This document shows, piece after piece, positions 1 through 11,661 of a DNA stretch of 53,899 bases; position 1 is the stretch's first letter; each line of letters opens with the position of its first letter. The notes under the pieces are model-generated. The model saw only the letters and a list, made by a program, of their open reading frames with translations, did no database searches and was not told the DNA's origin. Origin of the DNA: Macrostomum lignano (Eukaryota). The position numbers were made by a program, and so were the translations under genes. Location of the stretch: positions 1 through 53,899 of the forward strand of contig NIVC01004235.1 in NCBI GenBank assembly GCA_002269645.1, read 5' to 3'.

Positions 1-1034
1 ATTTCTCCATTGAACTGCTAGCAGTGGAGATGGATAGGCAGTTCAAAGTCTACACTGACTAGATCGATGAAATTTTAAAAGTTTGTTAAAAGCTTTCTGT
101 AACTTTTCGCCAGGGTAGCTAGCTAAGAACTTTGAACTCACTGTTTACCGACTCATGGAGAAGCCAGATAGGTTGATTCATTCGTGAGACAATATTAGCG
201 ATGAGCTAGAAAACTTTCACGACTAAAATTTTAAACGTTAAAAGTCATTTATGATCTGTCAGAATGTCGATTAGCTAACGAACGGCAAAGCAGTGCGGTG
301 TCTCGTAGCTGGCGGTGTTCGTGGTTCGGTGTGGGGATTTTGGACCGGGATTTTCGGGGTTTTCGTGACTGTACAAACTTTTCTAAATTTTCATAGAAAT
401 TAACTTAACTTGATTAAATGTGCTGCTTAAAATGACCAACAAGCCCAATGAGCTAAACTAGAGGCTAATTTGCTATGCCGTGCGGCAATTTATAACGTTA
501 TTACACGTAACAGATGTGTGCACACGAAGATTTTTAATAAGCTTGTTTCCTGATCCCCTGACCCAGTTAAGTAAGCTCGTGTTAGGTCTGCATTTTCGGT
601 TTGCTGCATGAGTTCGGGTTTGGAAGAGAGACGGGTTTAGGGGTTCTCGAATGATGTTCGGGATCGGAATTAACCCCCAACCCCGAAAAAATGGACATCC
701 CGAACAACCCTACCTGTAGGCTGGCCTAAAAGTGTGCTCATGTGCGCATACAGAATTAAAGCCTTAATAAACTGCTATGAACGCCCAAGCTACCAACACC
801 CCCCACCTCTTTACATTAAGGCCTGTGGCAACAGACTCAAATATGGTATTGACTATTGCATGGATAATTAGCTTGTACGCAAATCAAAATCAAGACCAAT
901 CAGCCCTATCGGTCTCCTACTTCACGAAGCTGATTTCAACAGCCACTGAAGGCATTCTTTAACAAACATGCATGTACTCATTTTGAGTTTTTAACTCTGT
1001 GATCCAAAAGGTCATATTTTTATCTTGAAAGTTT

Positions 1035-1720
1035 TCAGTACTTCTTGACGAACTTGGCCCAGCTCGGGTCGGTCTCGATGGCGTCGCCGACGCTCGAGTC
1101 AGCGAAGTCCAGCATGCGGCAGGCGCCGCTGGCCCGGTTGAACAGGACGGCCCGGCACTCCCAGCGCTGCACGCAGAGCCACAGGCAGTGAAGCTCCGAG
1201 CTCACCGAGGCGTCAGTGTAGCAGTAGACAGGACTGATGTTGCCCAGCCTCAGGAACTCCGCTCGCTCCAGGTACTGGCTGTTCGGCGTCGCGATCGGCT
1301 GGCAGACGAATTTTTGTCCCGATTCGCGAGTCTGTCTATCAAGCCAGCTTTGCTGACCGCTACAAAGTCATCGTCTTCCGTTAGGCTGTTCGGTAAGCCG
1401 GTCTTCCAGTCGCTGTTATCCAAAATCGGAAACAGCGAGCCGTTGGCGAATCTCCAGCCGCCGAGACGTGCCCGCCTCAACCAGGAGGTCCGTCACTCCA
1501 ATCAAATAAGCATCATTCCAGTGATTGGCAGCTCGGATGGCAGTCAGGTCCATCAGCAGCTCTCCGCCGATGCCCAGGCACAGTCTGGCTGCGTCGCACC
1601 AGCTGGAAACGCTGTGGTTGTCGCGATGAAGACGCAGCTGCCCAGCCTGTCGATAAAGGGAGCGACGCAGTGACCGGAGGCGGTGGTAATCAGCACTGCA
1701 ACCAGAGCCGGCTGAATCAT
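1035..1720 (-). pseudogene. C-type lectin + PAN/Apple secreted protein, copy 1 (frameshifted; pseudogene or assembly indels)
   Basis: Near-identical to copy 3 over ~1190-1670. ATG at 1720 gives signal-like MIQPALVAVLITTASGHC; ends ...IETDPSWAKFVKKY* (TGA 1035-1037). Relative to copy 3 it has a 1-bp deletion near 1624 (tcgcgatg vs tcgccgatg) and a 2-bp deletion near 1462. Confidence 0.75.
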
Positions 1721-2461
1721 TATTCCGAAATTTGTTTTCTAGCCTTCATGCAGGTGCAGTTAGAAACAGCAAAGTAAAATGACTGCATTTATTTTAAATC
1801 TTTTGCCAATGATGGAAGAGCGTACCCTGCTTATAGTGAGGGACTCTTACTGGCTCCTAGATGCCAGTGTGGGATCTGCATATCGGGTTTCATTGGTTGC
1901 GCAGTCCTCGGGCCTGTGTTGGGAGGCAGAAATGATTCCGTGTGGGTTGGATACAGAGCTCATTTGTTTAAACAATCAAGCCATTAGCATCGATACCCAT
2001 TTTTAAGGGGCAGGGCAGCCCAGCTGTGAACGCTTCTGACTCTCGCTGTTACATACTGTCACATACTCACAGATATGAGGGCCAACCCTCAAGCACTGAG
2101 AGTGCACATGCCTGACGATTAGAAGGTCAGTGTCGCTGTACACCCCGTGTGAGCGTGTGTGTGAGTGCTGTGCTGTGGTACAGTATTGGCGCGCTTGTAT
2201 GCTCAGGAGTCAGTGGAACGGACAGAATTGCCTCAGCGCTATTTGCTTCGTCTCAGCGCCGCAGGATTTCGACAATAAAATCTTCGATGCTACTGAAAAT
2301 ACTGTAGCAAGTGAATTTTTATTAAAACATTATTAACGGTTTCTTTGTGTTTTTTGTCTACTAGGTGCCTCTACTGTATTTAGAACCTTGCCTTGGTAAC
2401 TAAACGCTACTTTAAAAAAATCTTTCAATCATCAGGGCAGTCGATTGCGCGGCACATCTGA

Positions 2462-2606
2462 ACCCATTTTACAGCTGAGTGAACTGAAGCAATGCCGAGT
2501 TAAGTGCTTTTCTCAAAGACACAAATTGTTCAAGTGCGACGAGAATCGAACCCCTGACCTTTCCATCGTGTGTAAGACGCTCTGACCACTAGACTGCAAC
2601 CCTCAC
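2462..2606 (-). mobile_element. tRNA-derived SINE, 5' partial copy
   Basis: Minus strand shows A-box-like TAGTGGTCAGAGC and B-box-like GGTTCGATTC, then CTTCAGTTCACTCAGCTGTAAAATGGG, shared with the copies at 32.1 kb and 51.0 kb. Confidence 0.65.
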
Positions 2607-2881
2607 GCATGCACATCTAACAAACCACGTGCATAGCATTCCTTAACGACTCAACCAAATCATTTAGCAGTACGAGCTAATGAGTGGAGCTCACTTACAC
2701 ATTACAACAGGCTGCAGCAACCAATCAGCTGCAACCAGCCTGCAATTGTATGTTTTCTTTCATTGGTTCAACGCATCCATTTTTTCGGTCCCGTTGTAAG
2801 GATAAATTTTATAATCGTGCAATAGAAATTTCCTGGTTAAATAACAACTCTACCTGACTAAAATATTTGAACTGACGCACA

Positions 2882-3589
2882 ATGGCAGCAAAACGACTTG
2901 CCCAGCTGAGCTTCCTGGCTGCCGGACTGACTGCCCTTGTCTCTGGCGCTTGCGTCGCTCCGTTTATCGACAGGCTGGGCAGCTGCGTCTTCATCGGCCA
3001 CAACCCCAGCGTTTCCAGCTGGTGCGACGCAGCCAGACTGTGCCTGGGCATCGGTGGAGAGCTGCTGATGGACCTGACTGCCATCCGAGCTGCCAATCAC
3101 TGGATTGATTTTTACTTGATCGGAGTGACGGACCTCCTGGTTGAGGCGGGCAGGTCTCGAAGCGGCTGGAGATTCGCCAACGGCTCGCTGTTTCCGATTT
3201 TGGATGGCAGCGACTGGGTGTCTGGCTTGCCGAACAGCCTAACGGAAGACGATGACTTTGTAGCGGTCAGCCAAGCTGGCTTGCGAGACAGACCCGGGAA
3301 ACATGACAAAAAATTCGTCTGCCAGCCGATCGCGACGCCGAACAGCGAGTTCCTGGAGCGAGCGGAGTTCCTGATGCTGGGCAACATCAGTCCTGTCTAC
3401 TGCTACACTGACGCCTCGGTGAGCTCGGAGCTTCACTGCCTGTGGCTCTGCGTGCAGCGCTGGGAGTGCCGGGCCGTCCTGTTCAACCGGGCCAGCGGCG
3501 CCTGCCGCATGCTGGACTTCGCTGACTCGAGCGTCGGCGACGCCATCGAGACCGACCCGATCTGGGCCAAGTTCGTCAAGGTGTACTGA
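2882..3589 (+). CDS. Secreted C-type lectin-like domain + PAN/Apple-like domain protein, copy 2 (235 aa, intronless)
   Basis: Signal peptide; CTLD motifs WCDAARLC..IGGEL, LIGVTD, GWRFANGS, W..GLPN, KKFVCQ; C-terminal C-x3-C-x5-C..FN....C PAN/Apple pattern. Intact ORF. Confidence 0.8.
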   Translation: MAAKRLAQLSFLAAGLTALVSGACVAPFIDRLGSCVFIGHNPSVSSWCDAARLCLGIGGELLMDLTAIRAANHWIDFYLIGVTDLLVEAGRSRSGWRFANGSLFPILDGSDWVSGLPNSLTEDDDFVAVSQAGLRDRPGKHDKKFVCQPIATPNSEFLERAEFLMLGNISPVYCYTDASVSSELHCLWLCVQRWECRAVLFNRASGACRMLDFADSSVGDAIETDPIWAKFVKVY

Positions 3590-4512
3590 CTAATTGAGAA
3601 ACTCCCTTGCTTGTCCTGTGTGTAATATTATATAGACTATATTACAAGCTTTTCGTAATCGCAAATGCTACAAACTTCAGGCAATTCCATACAATTTTGA
3701 TGCCCCTAAAGGATTGGTCTTATGACGACTGCTGCTTGGTTTTTTATATGAATGAAATCTTGGCTATCCATGGTTTTTAGGTTGTAACTTTTAGTAATGC
3801 ATAGTACGAGCTAGATGCAGGCAGTGAAACACAGATAGCAAATAGTATATTTACAAAGCCGACTATCCTAACGAGTATCTAACTTGCCAAAGTGGTGTAA
3901 AAAGTTCAGCTATTTGTTATATTCCTTAAGTTTTCGGTCTTTTTTCCGTTTTCCATCTCTTCTACGAAACAGCGAAACAGACTGCTTTTGGATACGTTTT
4001 TTACTGTCTTTTCTCTAGTTTTCAGCATGTATACCATGCGTCTGAACAAGCGCACCTGTCGCCATGAGAGACTTCTCAAAACATAACTAACTAGCTTTGC
4101 CAAAACCTAACGAGCTTTCCTTGTTTCTCATCCTTTCTTTGTAACAGCTTTGTGAGAAAAATTTTTAGGCCGCAGGTGATATCAGTACAGGTTTGGCATT
4201 GTATGTTATCTCGCGGCATCAATCAATACTTGCATTGCCAGCTTCCATGTCAGGAGAAAGCTTGCTTTTTCTTGACATCCTCTCAAGAAATAGGATTAGG
4301 AGATAGAGTCGATGGTAAAAGACATTGAGAGGCTTTTGTTAGAGATACTGCAGGCTGAGATGAGCTGCCGGTAGCTCCTGCAGTTGCTCAGAGTCCGCAT
4401 AGATCGCGGCGATTCAAAGCTCGAACTTTTGAATACGCTTCTAATGTCAATGATCAACAAGTTTCTGGTAGAATTAGAGAAACTAAATTAGCATATAATT
4501 ATAGGCTGCACT

Positions 4513-4559
4513 CAAGGACAACTGAAGTAGTATATATAACGTGACTTCAGTTGTCCTTG
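4513..4559. mobile_element. 47-bp hAT-like micro-element
   Basis: Perfect 16-bp TIRs CAAGGACAACTGAAGT (4513-4528) / ACTTCAGTTGTCCTTG (4544-4559), 15-bp spacer, flanked by identical 8-bp GCTGCACT (4505-4512 and 4560-4567). Confidence 0.7.
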
Positions 4560-4607
4560 GCTGCACTTTGGTCTGGTCATGTTTTTAAATTGAAAGTTCT
4601 AATCAGT

Positions 4608-4786
4608 GTCATCCAAGACTTTTAAGTCATCCAAGACTTTTAAGTCATCCAAGACTTTTAAGTCATCCAAGACTTTTAAGTCATCCAAGACTTTTAAGTC
4701 ATCCAAGACTTTTAAGTCATCCAAGACTTTTAAGTCATCCAAGACTTTTAAGTCATCCAAGACTTTTAAGTCATCCAAGACGTTAA
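4608..4786. repeat. 18-bp tandem repeat (GTCATCCAAGACTTTTAA)x~10
   Basis: Near-perfect array about 45 bp past the stop of lectin copy 3. Confidence 0.95.
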
Positions 4787-4827
4787 TCAGATCGAGGCCA
4801 AATGAAGTCCAGTTGAAGTTACGCTCG

Positions 4828-5538
4828 CTATTGTTTAATACTTCTTGACAAACTTGGCCAGCTCGGGTCGGTCTCGATGGCGTCGCCGACGCTCGAGTCA
4901 GCGAAGTCCAGCATGCGGCAGGCGCCGCTGGCCCGGTTGAACAGGACAGCCCGGCACTCCCAGCGCTGCACGCAGAGCCACAGGCAGCGAAACTCCGAGC
5001 TCACCGAGGCGTCAGTGTAGCAGTAGACAGGACTGATGTTGCCCAGCATCAGGAACTCCGCTCGCTCCAGGTACTGGCTGTTCGGCGTCGCGATCGGCTG
5101 GCAGACGAATTTTTTGTCCCGATTCGCGAGTCTGTCTATCAAGCCAGCTTTGCTGACCGCTACAAAGTCATCGTCTTCCGTTAGGCTGTTCGGTAAGCCG
5201 GTCTTCCAGTCGCTGTTATCCAAAATCGGAAACAGCGAGCCGTTGGCGAATCTCCAGCCGCTGCGAGACGTGCCCGCCTCAACCAGGAGGTCCGTCACTC
5301 CAATCAAATAAGCATCATTCCAGTGATTGGCAGCTCGGATGGCAGTCAGGTCCATCAGCAGCTCTCCGCCGATGCCCAGGCACAGTCTGGCTGCGTCGCA
5401 CCAGCTGGAAACGCTGTGGTTGTCGCCGATGAAGACGCAGCTGCCCAGCCTGTCGATAAAGGGAGCGACGCAGGCGGCAGAGGCGAGAGCCGCCAGCCCG
5501 GCAGCCAGGGTCAGCCGAAGCAGTTGTTTTGTTTTCAT
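4828..5538 (-). CDS. Secreted C-type lectin + PAN/Apple protein, copy 3 (236 aa)
   Basis: Paralog of 2882-3589. A 1-bp deletion near 4858 (ctggcc vs ctgggcc) changes the C-terminus from WAKFVKKY* (ancestral TAA 4835-4837) to WPSLSRSIKQ*. Confidence 0.8.
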   Translation of the reverse strand: MKTKQLLRLTLAAGLAALASAACVAPFIDRLGSCVFIGDNHSVSSWCDAARLCLGIGGELLMDLTAIRAANHWNDAYLIGVTDLLVEAGTSRSGWRFANGSLFPILDNSDWKTGLPNSLTEDDDFVAVSKAGLIDRLANRDKKFVCQPIATPNSQYLERAEFLMLGNISPVYCYTDASVSSEFRCLWLCVQRWECRAVLFNRASGACRMLDFADSSVGDAIETDPSWPSLSRSIKQ

Positions 5539-6362
5539 GCCTTCGAGCCACCAAAATTGTTAGGCAATGATCTTGCAGAGAATCTCTCTTCTACTGAATT
5601 TATGGGTTGAAAACAGATCTTATTTGTATGAAATTGAACAATGTGTGAGCAGCTGACGGTTCACAGGTTTCTAAGTATCGAGTTTCTCCTTCTCATTCTA
5701 CTACTCAGCTACATGTTCAGTCTATTTGCCCAGCCCAATTTACTTGATGTGGCATAATACAAAATTGACAGATCCCTCAAACATTTAAGGTGGATGCTAT
5801 CTGCATCGCAGAAGCAGAGTCTGAAATACGCGGCCGGCAGCTGAGCACTTAATCAAAGTTGACTGTTTCATGATGAGTTTGCACTCAGCTTCCTACGCAA
5901 AGATCTTCTTAGGAGGTAAAATTTCCACGATGTCGCGCTCTCAAAGACCTAATTTGTCCAGGCAAAGCCTCGTAGGTTTGAATTTGCGGCTCAGAAACCG
6001 AGCTTCTGACAATTACACAGGCGAAGGAGTCTGCAATTTGAAATTACTATTCGCGATGCACTTGAACCAATATTCAAATTCGCACGAAAACTACTATGAA
6101 TTGCTCATTTTTAATACGTTATATTTCGAAGAATGACTTTGCACAGAAATTCCAACGCTGTTCGATTAGCCTAGCAATTAGTAATTAAGTTTGTAAGCAA
6201 ATAAGCAAAAGTTTATTTAGAATAATTGATAGATAGCAATAGAATTGTAAATATTTCAGCTATTGATTTAAGGATGAAGACTTAAGATTAGGATTAAGAA
6301 AAAATATTAAATTTGTTTTAGGATTCATTTTATTTGAATTAACGTTCCCAAAATGCACCGAA

Positions 6363-9300
6363 TCAGCACGGAATCGAGTCGTCCCCTGATCGCATGTTCC
6401 GCATTCGACAGATGAACTGCCGCTTGCAGTCACCTGTGCACGGTTGCTGAGAGCTGGGCAGGTGCGACTTGTGATAGAACCTGCGGGCGTTGATGACGTA
6501 GGAAGCATTTTTGACAGAATGCAGTGTATACAGAATGCTCTTGAGGAGACCAGTCTAATCTCAATGAAATAGTGAGGAAACCAATCTAATCTTAATGAGA
6601 TTTTGATGAGACCAGTCTAATCTCAATGATATTTTAAGGACACTAGTCTAATCTCAATGACATTGTGAGGAAACCAAAATAAATCTCAATGATATTTTGA
6701 CGAGACAAGTCTAATCTCAATGAGATTTAGAGACCAACATCTAATCTCTATGAGATTGTGAGGACTCAAGCCTCATCTCAATGAGATTTTGAGGAAACCA
6801 GCCTAGTTTTAATGAGATTTTGAAGACACCAGTCTAATCTCAATGAGATTTTCAAGACACCAGTCTAATCTCAATGAGATTTTCAAGACACCAGTCTAAT
6901 CTCAATGAGATTTTCAAGACACCAGTCTAATCTCAATGAGATTTTCAAGACACCAGTCTAATCTCAATGAGATTTTGAGGACACCAGTCTAATCTCAATG
7001 AGATTTTGAAGACACCAGTCTAACCTCAATGAGATTTTGAGGGCACCAGTCTAATCTCGATGAGATTTAGAGGACACCAGCCTAATCTCAATGAGATTTA
7101 GAGGCCTCCAAAATGGAATCTAATCTCAGTGAAATTGTGAGTAAACCAGTCTAATCTCAATAAGATTTCGAGGAAAATAGTCATCTCAACGAGATCTTGA
7201 GGACAACAATCTAATTCAATAAGATTTTGAGGGTACCAGTCTCAATAGAACTGACCTGATGTACAGTTGAAATAATTCGTCGCTCTGCTCAAATCTGTCA
7301 ATCAGTTTCGCCCACTCGGCAGGAAACGCGTATCTCAGACCGTAGTCTTTCTGTGATAAAATAGATTAAAAATCTTACTAAAACCTATACATAAATTATT
7401 GTGACAATTTTTCGACATTTCTACTTACAGTAGGCTGATACTCCAGAATCCAAGTCGGATCGCGCTGTTGGCCAGCTTTGTTAGCGTCGGTCAGATTGAA
7501 TATGTAGTTGTAATAGTCGAGCACTTGCTGAAAAATGATTTTAGCTTGATTATCAATTGATGATGCTTTCAGGACAATATAGTATATTATCAATGAGACT
7601 TTGAGGACAATAGTTTGTTCTCAATGGGACTTTGAGGACAATAGTTTGTTCTCAATGGGACTTTGAGGACAATAGTCTGTTCTCAATGGGACTTTGAGGA
7701 CAATAGTTTGTTCTCAATGGGACTTTGAGGACAATAGTCTGTTCTCAATGGAACTTTGAGGACAATAGTTTGTTCTCAATGGGACTTTGAGGACAATAGT
7801 CTGTTCTCAATGGAACTTTGAGGACAATAGTTTGTTCTCAATGGGACTTTGAGGACAATAGTTCGTTCTCAATGGGACTTTGAGGACAATAGTTTGTTCT
7901 CAATGAGACTTTGAGGACAATAGTTTGTTCTCAATGGGACTTTGAGGACAATAGTTTAGCGGTATTATCAACGAGACTTTGAAAAGACATTCTAATGTCA
8001 ATGGGACTTTGAGAAAAAACTAAAGAGGCTCACATCTCTTATGACGTATTTTAAAGCCTAATGAGCGCTAGCCGATATGTATAGTTCGATACTTGATTAG
8101 TGCACTCACCCACGAAGCGTTGGCGTACCCTCCGTCCACTTCGTAAACCCTGTAGCTAGGATTGCCGTCGGTTTTCAGGCTGCCAACGATGTAGGCAGTG
8201 CCGAATGCTCTGGTTGTGTTGGCCGGGTCAAAGTACACCCCGAGTTCGTCGTGGTGCGTGTGACCAAAAAAGTGACCCGTGATGGTGGATTCGTATCTGT
8301 TGGAGGGGCGGGAGATGCTGGGTGGGTTTCAGGATGTACACCGTCCGTGGCTTGACCTTTGACGATATGACTTTTTTTTAACTCTTATCTATCGAATAAT
8401 GTCCAGTTGCTGAACAAATTTAGTCACAAACCTTTCGGCAATTTTGAAATAATTCCACGAATATCCTTTAATCAACTCGGAAGACGGTATGTGGCCAAGT
8501 ATGTGCACCTTCTCGCCATTGCTCTCGGCTCGCTGGAGCACGCCAATTAGCCACTGAAGCTGATCGTCTGGATCCGTGATGTTCTGTAGTATCCACCTGG
8601 AAATTGTTATTTTCTTATTTACCATATTTAAATATGGAATGAAAAAAATGCTTGACTTTAGAGCAATCTGATTTTGATCGAATCAATCAGTTTTAATTCC
8701 GTTAAAAAGCGCACCAATTCAAATTGTTGCCGTAGTTCAAATTTAGCGACACAACTCGAAAGCCGGGGTACAGAAGTTGGGTGTAGTAGCCACCTCTGAA
8801 ATAGTCAGTGTTGGATGTGTTATCAAATTTCGCTGCGTGGGCATTGTGTAGGGGGCACTGTGTAGGGGGCACTTAGGGGGCACTTAGGGGGCACTGTGTA
8901 AGGGGGCACTGTGTAGGGGGCACTGTGTAGGGGGCACTGTGTAGGGGGCACTGTGTAGGGGGCACTGTGTAGGGGGCACTGTGTAGGGGGCACTGTGTGG
9001 GTGCTGCTGAAGGGTTGTTCTGCTGGTGCTGGCTGTGGCAGCTGGCGTTCACTTTGCACTCACTTCAGAACATTTTCCTTCTGATCCGACGGGACCCAGG
9101 GCGACAGGAACTCCCACAGCGCCGGATAGTACCAATCCATCGACTCGTTGCCCTTGATGTAGCGTGGAGGGAAGCTGAAATTACCGTGGGCAGAGCAGCT
9201 TAGCGGTATAAACGTTAGCGGCCATGCACGCGGACGCGAGCTAAATTTTGGGCGATACAATATGGCCAATATTCAATGTTCATTATCCCATAAGCTCACC

Positions 9301-11237
9301 TGTTAACCGGCACGCTCTCATGGTTGCCAAGCGCGGCAACGAACGCCACGTTGGGAAAATATTTGCGCAATAGGGCGGTGAAATTCCGGTAGATGTCGAC
9401 CTGCTGCTCCCGAGTCTGCTCCCACACGTGATGGTCGGGAAGGTCGCCCGTGAAATAGATGGCGTCGAACTGACAGGATTGTAGGTGAGAAAATTTGCAT
9501 CAGTAATAAGTTTATCTTAAGAAAGGAAGTTTGCCGCGTCTTTTAGACAGGTAGGTGTCTTAGAAGAACATTAGTTAACATTAAAAGACAAAGTTTTGCA
9601 TGCTAGACCTTCTCTGTGCGATTCAATTGGCTGAAGATTCGGTCCAAGGACCACCAAGGAAGGTCGCAGTTGTAGTCACCCCAGTAAGCCGCTCTGCGCT
9701 TTGACGTGCCTGGGTGATTCGATTTGAGACAGTATGGAAATACCGTGGAATTACCATGGTAATAACTTTAAAGCTAAATGTACTTTTCTGATTTCAGCAG
9801 GTCCAACCCAAGGTACCGAACAGTTCCAACACAAACTATCAGACAGCTCCAACACAAACTATCGAACAGCTCCAACACAAACTACCGAACAGCTCCAACA
9901 CAAACTACCGAACAGCTCTAACACAAACTACCGAACAGCTCCAACACAAACTACAGTAAAGCTCCAACACAAACTACCGAACAGCTCCAACACAAACTAC
10001 CGAACAGCTCCAACACAAACTACCGAACAGCTCCAACACAAACTACAGTAAAGCTCCAATACAAACTACAGAACAGCTCCAACACAAACTACAGAACAGC
10101 TCCAATACAAACTACCGAACAGCTCCAACACAAACTACAGAACAGCTCCAACACAAACTACCGAACAGCTCCAACACAAACAGCTCTCACTCGGATCTCC
10201 GTCGCTGACCCTGCAGCAAGTCGGCAGCCCGCAGTCGGCACTGGCCCCAACCTTGTACAGCATGTCCACGTGCACGTCGCTAATGTGAGCCACTCGAAGT
10301 CGTCGAGCCCCCGGAGTCGGTGGCTGAATGGGTGTCACAGGCGGCTTAGGCACACTCGGCAGGGTCACATTCCAGTAGTAGTTGAGCTCCGGTATGGTTG
10401 AGTTTGAGCAGCCGCTGCCCAGATACTGGCCGCAGACATTCTCGGGCGATAGGTACACCTTGTCTATGGCGAACTTGAAGATTGGCTGCACGGAATGCGT
10501 TAAGTAAATGACTGGCTTTTGAAGATGTTACCATGAAAAGGTCATACTGAGCCAGGTGTTGAAAGACCTAATAAAAAGCAAAACAGACTGCCTTACCCGC
10601 CACAGGGTGACAACACCGTCGCACACTTGCGCAGCCTCCTTATACTTAATGATGCAGACTAGTTTGGCTATTTCAGGGACGTAGCTTGACTCTGCAAATG
10701 TAAACAAAAGTTGCAATGTTCAAGACAAAACATGTTTGTTGCTGCTGTCTGGAGAATGCATGATGTTCTCAAAGAAGACAATTCAAAACTCAATGTTCAA
10801 GGAATGTTTAATGAATGCTCTCAAAGAAGACAGTTCAGGACACTGTGTTTAAAATAGTTCAGAACTTTCCAGCGTTACGTGTAGTGCTAAGGGAAATTTT
10901 TGGGCTCATGTGAATGTATGACGGAATCGGTTTATGACACAGCTTTACAGACGTTGGACATGTAAATATCCAACAATAAATATTTTACAATTTAAAGTTT
11001 TCGTTAAAAAAAGCTTATCCTGGCCTCACCACCGGAGTCCAGGGCTTTTCTGACCAGAGCTACAAAGTCTTTGCACAGCGAGCACTCAAGTCCCTGCAGT
11101 CTGCCACTGCTAGATAGCCAATTATAGTGGTTCGATGGAGCATTGAAAGCGGCTGGTCTGGCATCCGAGGCGTTCATTAGCACCGCCAGTAAAATGCTAC
11201 CAACCAAAACGACGTTAAGGTACGCTTTCGTCGCCAT
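6363..11237 (-). CDS. SMPD1: Acid sphingomyelinase (saposin B + metallophosphoesterase), 12 exons, ~574 aa
   Basis: Exons 11237-11030, 10691-10597, 10485-10191, 9709-9609, 9469-9300, 9174-9064, 8795-8715, 8596-8432, 8296-8110, 7527-7429, 7350-7256, 6480-6363. All GT-AG with matching phases, total 1725 nt. Signal peptide, saposin Cys pattern, SDVHVD, YWGDYNCDLP, TGDLPDH, GNHE, GHIP, FGHTH, NPSYRVY. Confidence 0.93.
6545..7245. repeat. 31-bp minisatellite (ACCAGTCTAATCTCAATGAGATTTTCAAGAC), SMPD1 intron 11
   Basis: Homogeneous ~6820-7100 with degenerate edges; palindromic core AATCTCA-A-TGAGATT. Confidence 0.9.
7592..8020. repeat. 31-bp minisatellite (CAATGGGACTTTGAGGACAATAGTTTGTTCT), SMPD1 intron 9
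   Basis: About 12 clean units; diverged relative of the intron-11 unit. Confidence 0.9.
8840..8998. repeat. 14-bp minisatellite (GTAGGGGGCACTGT), SMPD1 intron 6
   Basis: About 11 G5-containing units. Confidence 0.9.
9815..10185. repeat. 23-bp minisatellite (AACAGCTCCAACACAAACTACCG), SMPD1 intron 3
   Basis: About 16 units, starting within a few bases of the GTGAG donor at 10190. Confidence 0.92.
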
Positions 11238-11661
11238 GCCTTTAAAATTTGTCGAATCAAAAGCAAAAGTCTTCCAGCTATAGCTGAGTGAAAGTTGTCT
11301 CAGTCGGAGCAAAGCGAACTGGTTTCAACTTGAAGAATTTTTAAAGCACACGCTATCAAAATTTCTTGCCGATAAGAGTGTAGCTGGCAAGCTTGAAACT
11401 GCGCAGAATTTCATTAGCAGTTTATCGGTATACATGATACAATACTGGTGTCACTACAGGTAGGACTCTCTGAGACTTGCACGGGTGGAGAGAAGTTTTC
11501 TTAGAAATTGGACGGTCATTGGCGCCAAAGTTACATTTTACAAGTACAGGTATGCAAGCAGGTAAAGTGCTGTACAATAATTAATTGAAATAAGTGCATC
11601 TTAATTAATCGAGATTGCATGCAATTTAAGGAGCGCCACATTGAAACTTGGAATGCCAGGC

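Noticed and set aside
620-720. Possible hAT-like terminus (CGAACAACCCTA) with a short inverted repeat TGTTCGGGAT/ATCCCGAACA
   Set aside because: No matching second terminus or TSD found in the window.
2462-2606. tRNA gene (also at 51140-51215)
   Set aside because: A/B boxes are present but no convincing cloverleaf, and each continues into a shared SINE body.
3900-4450. Degenerate coding-like sequence between lectin copies 2 and 3
   Set aside because: Multiple stops and no identifiable motif; possibly an old TE fragment.
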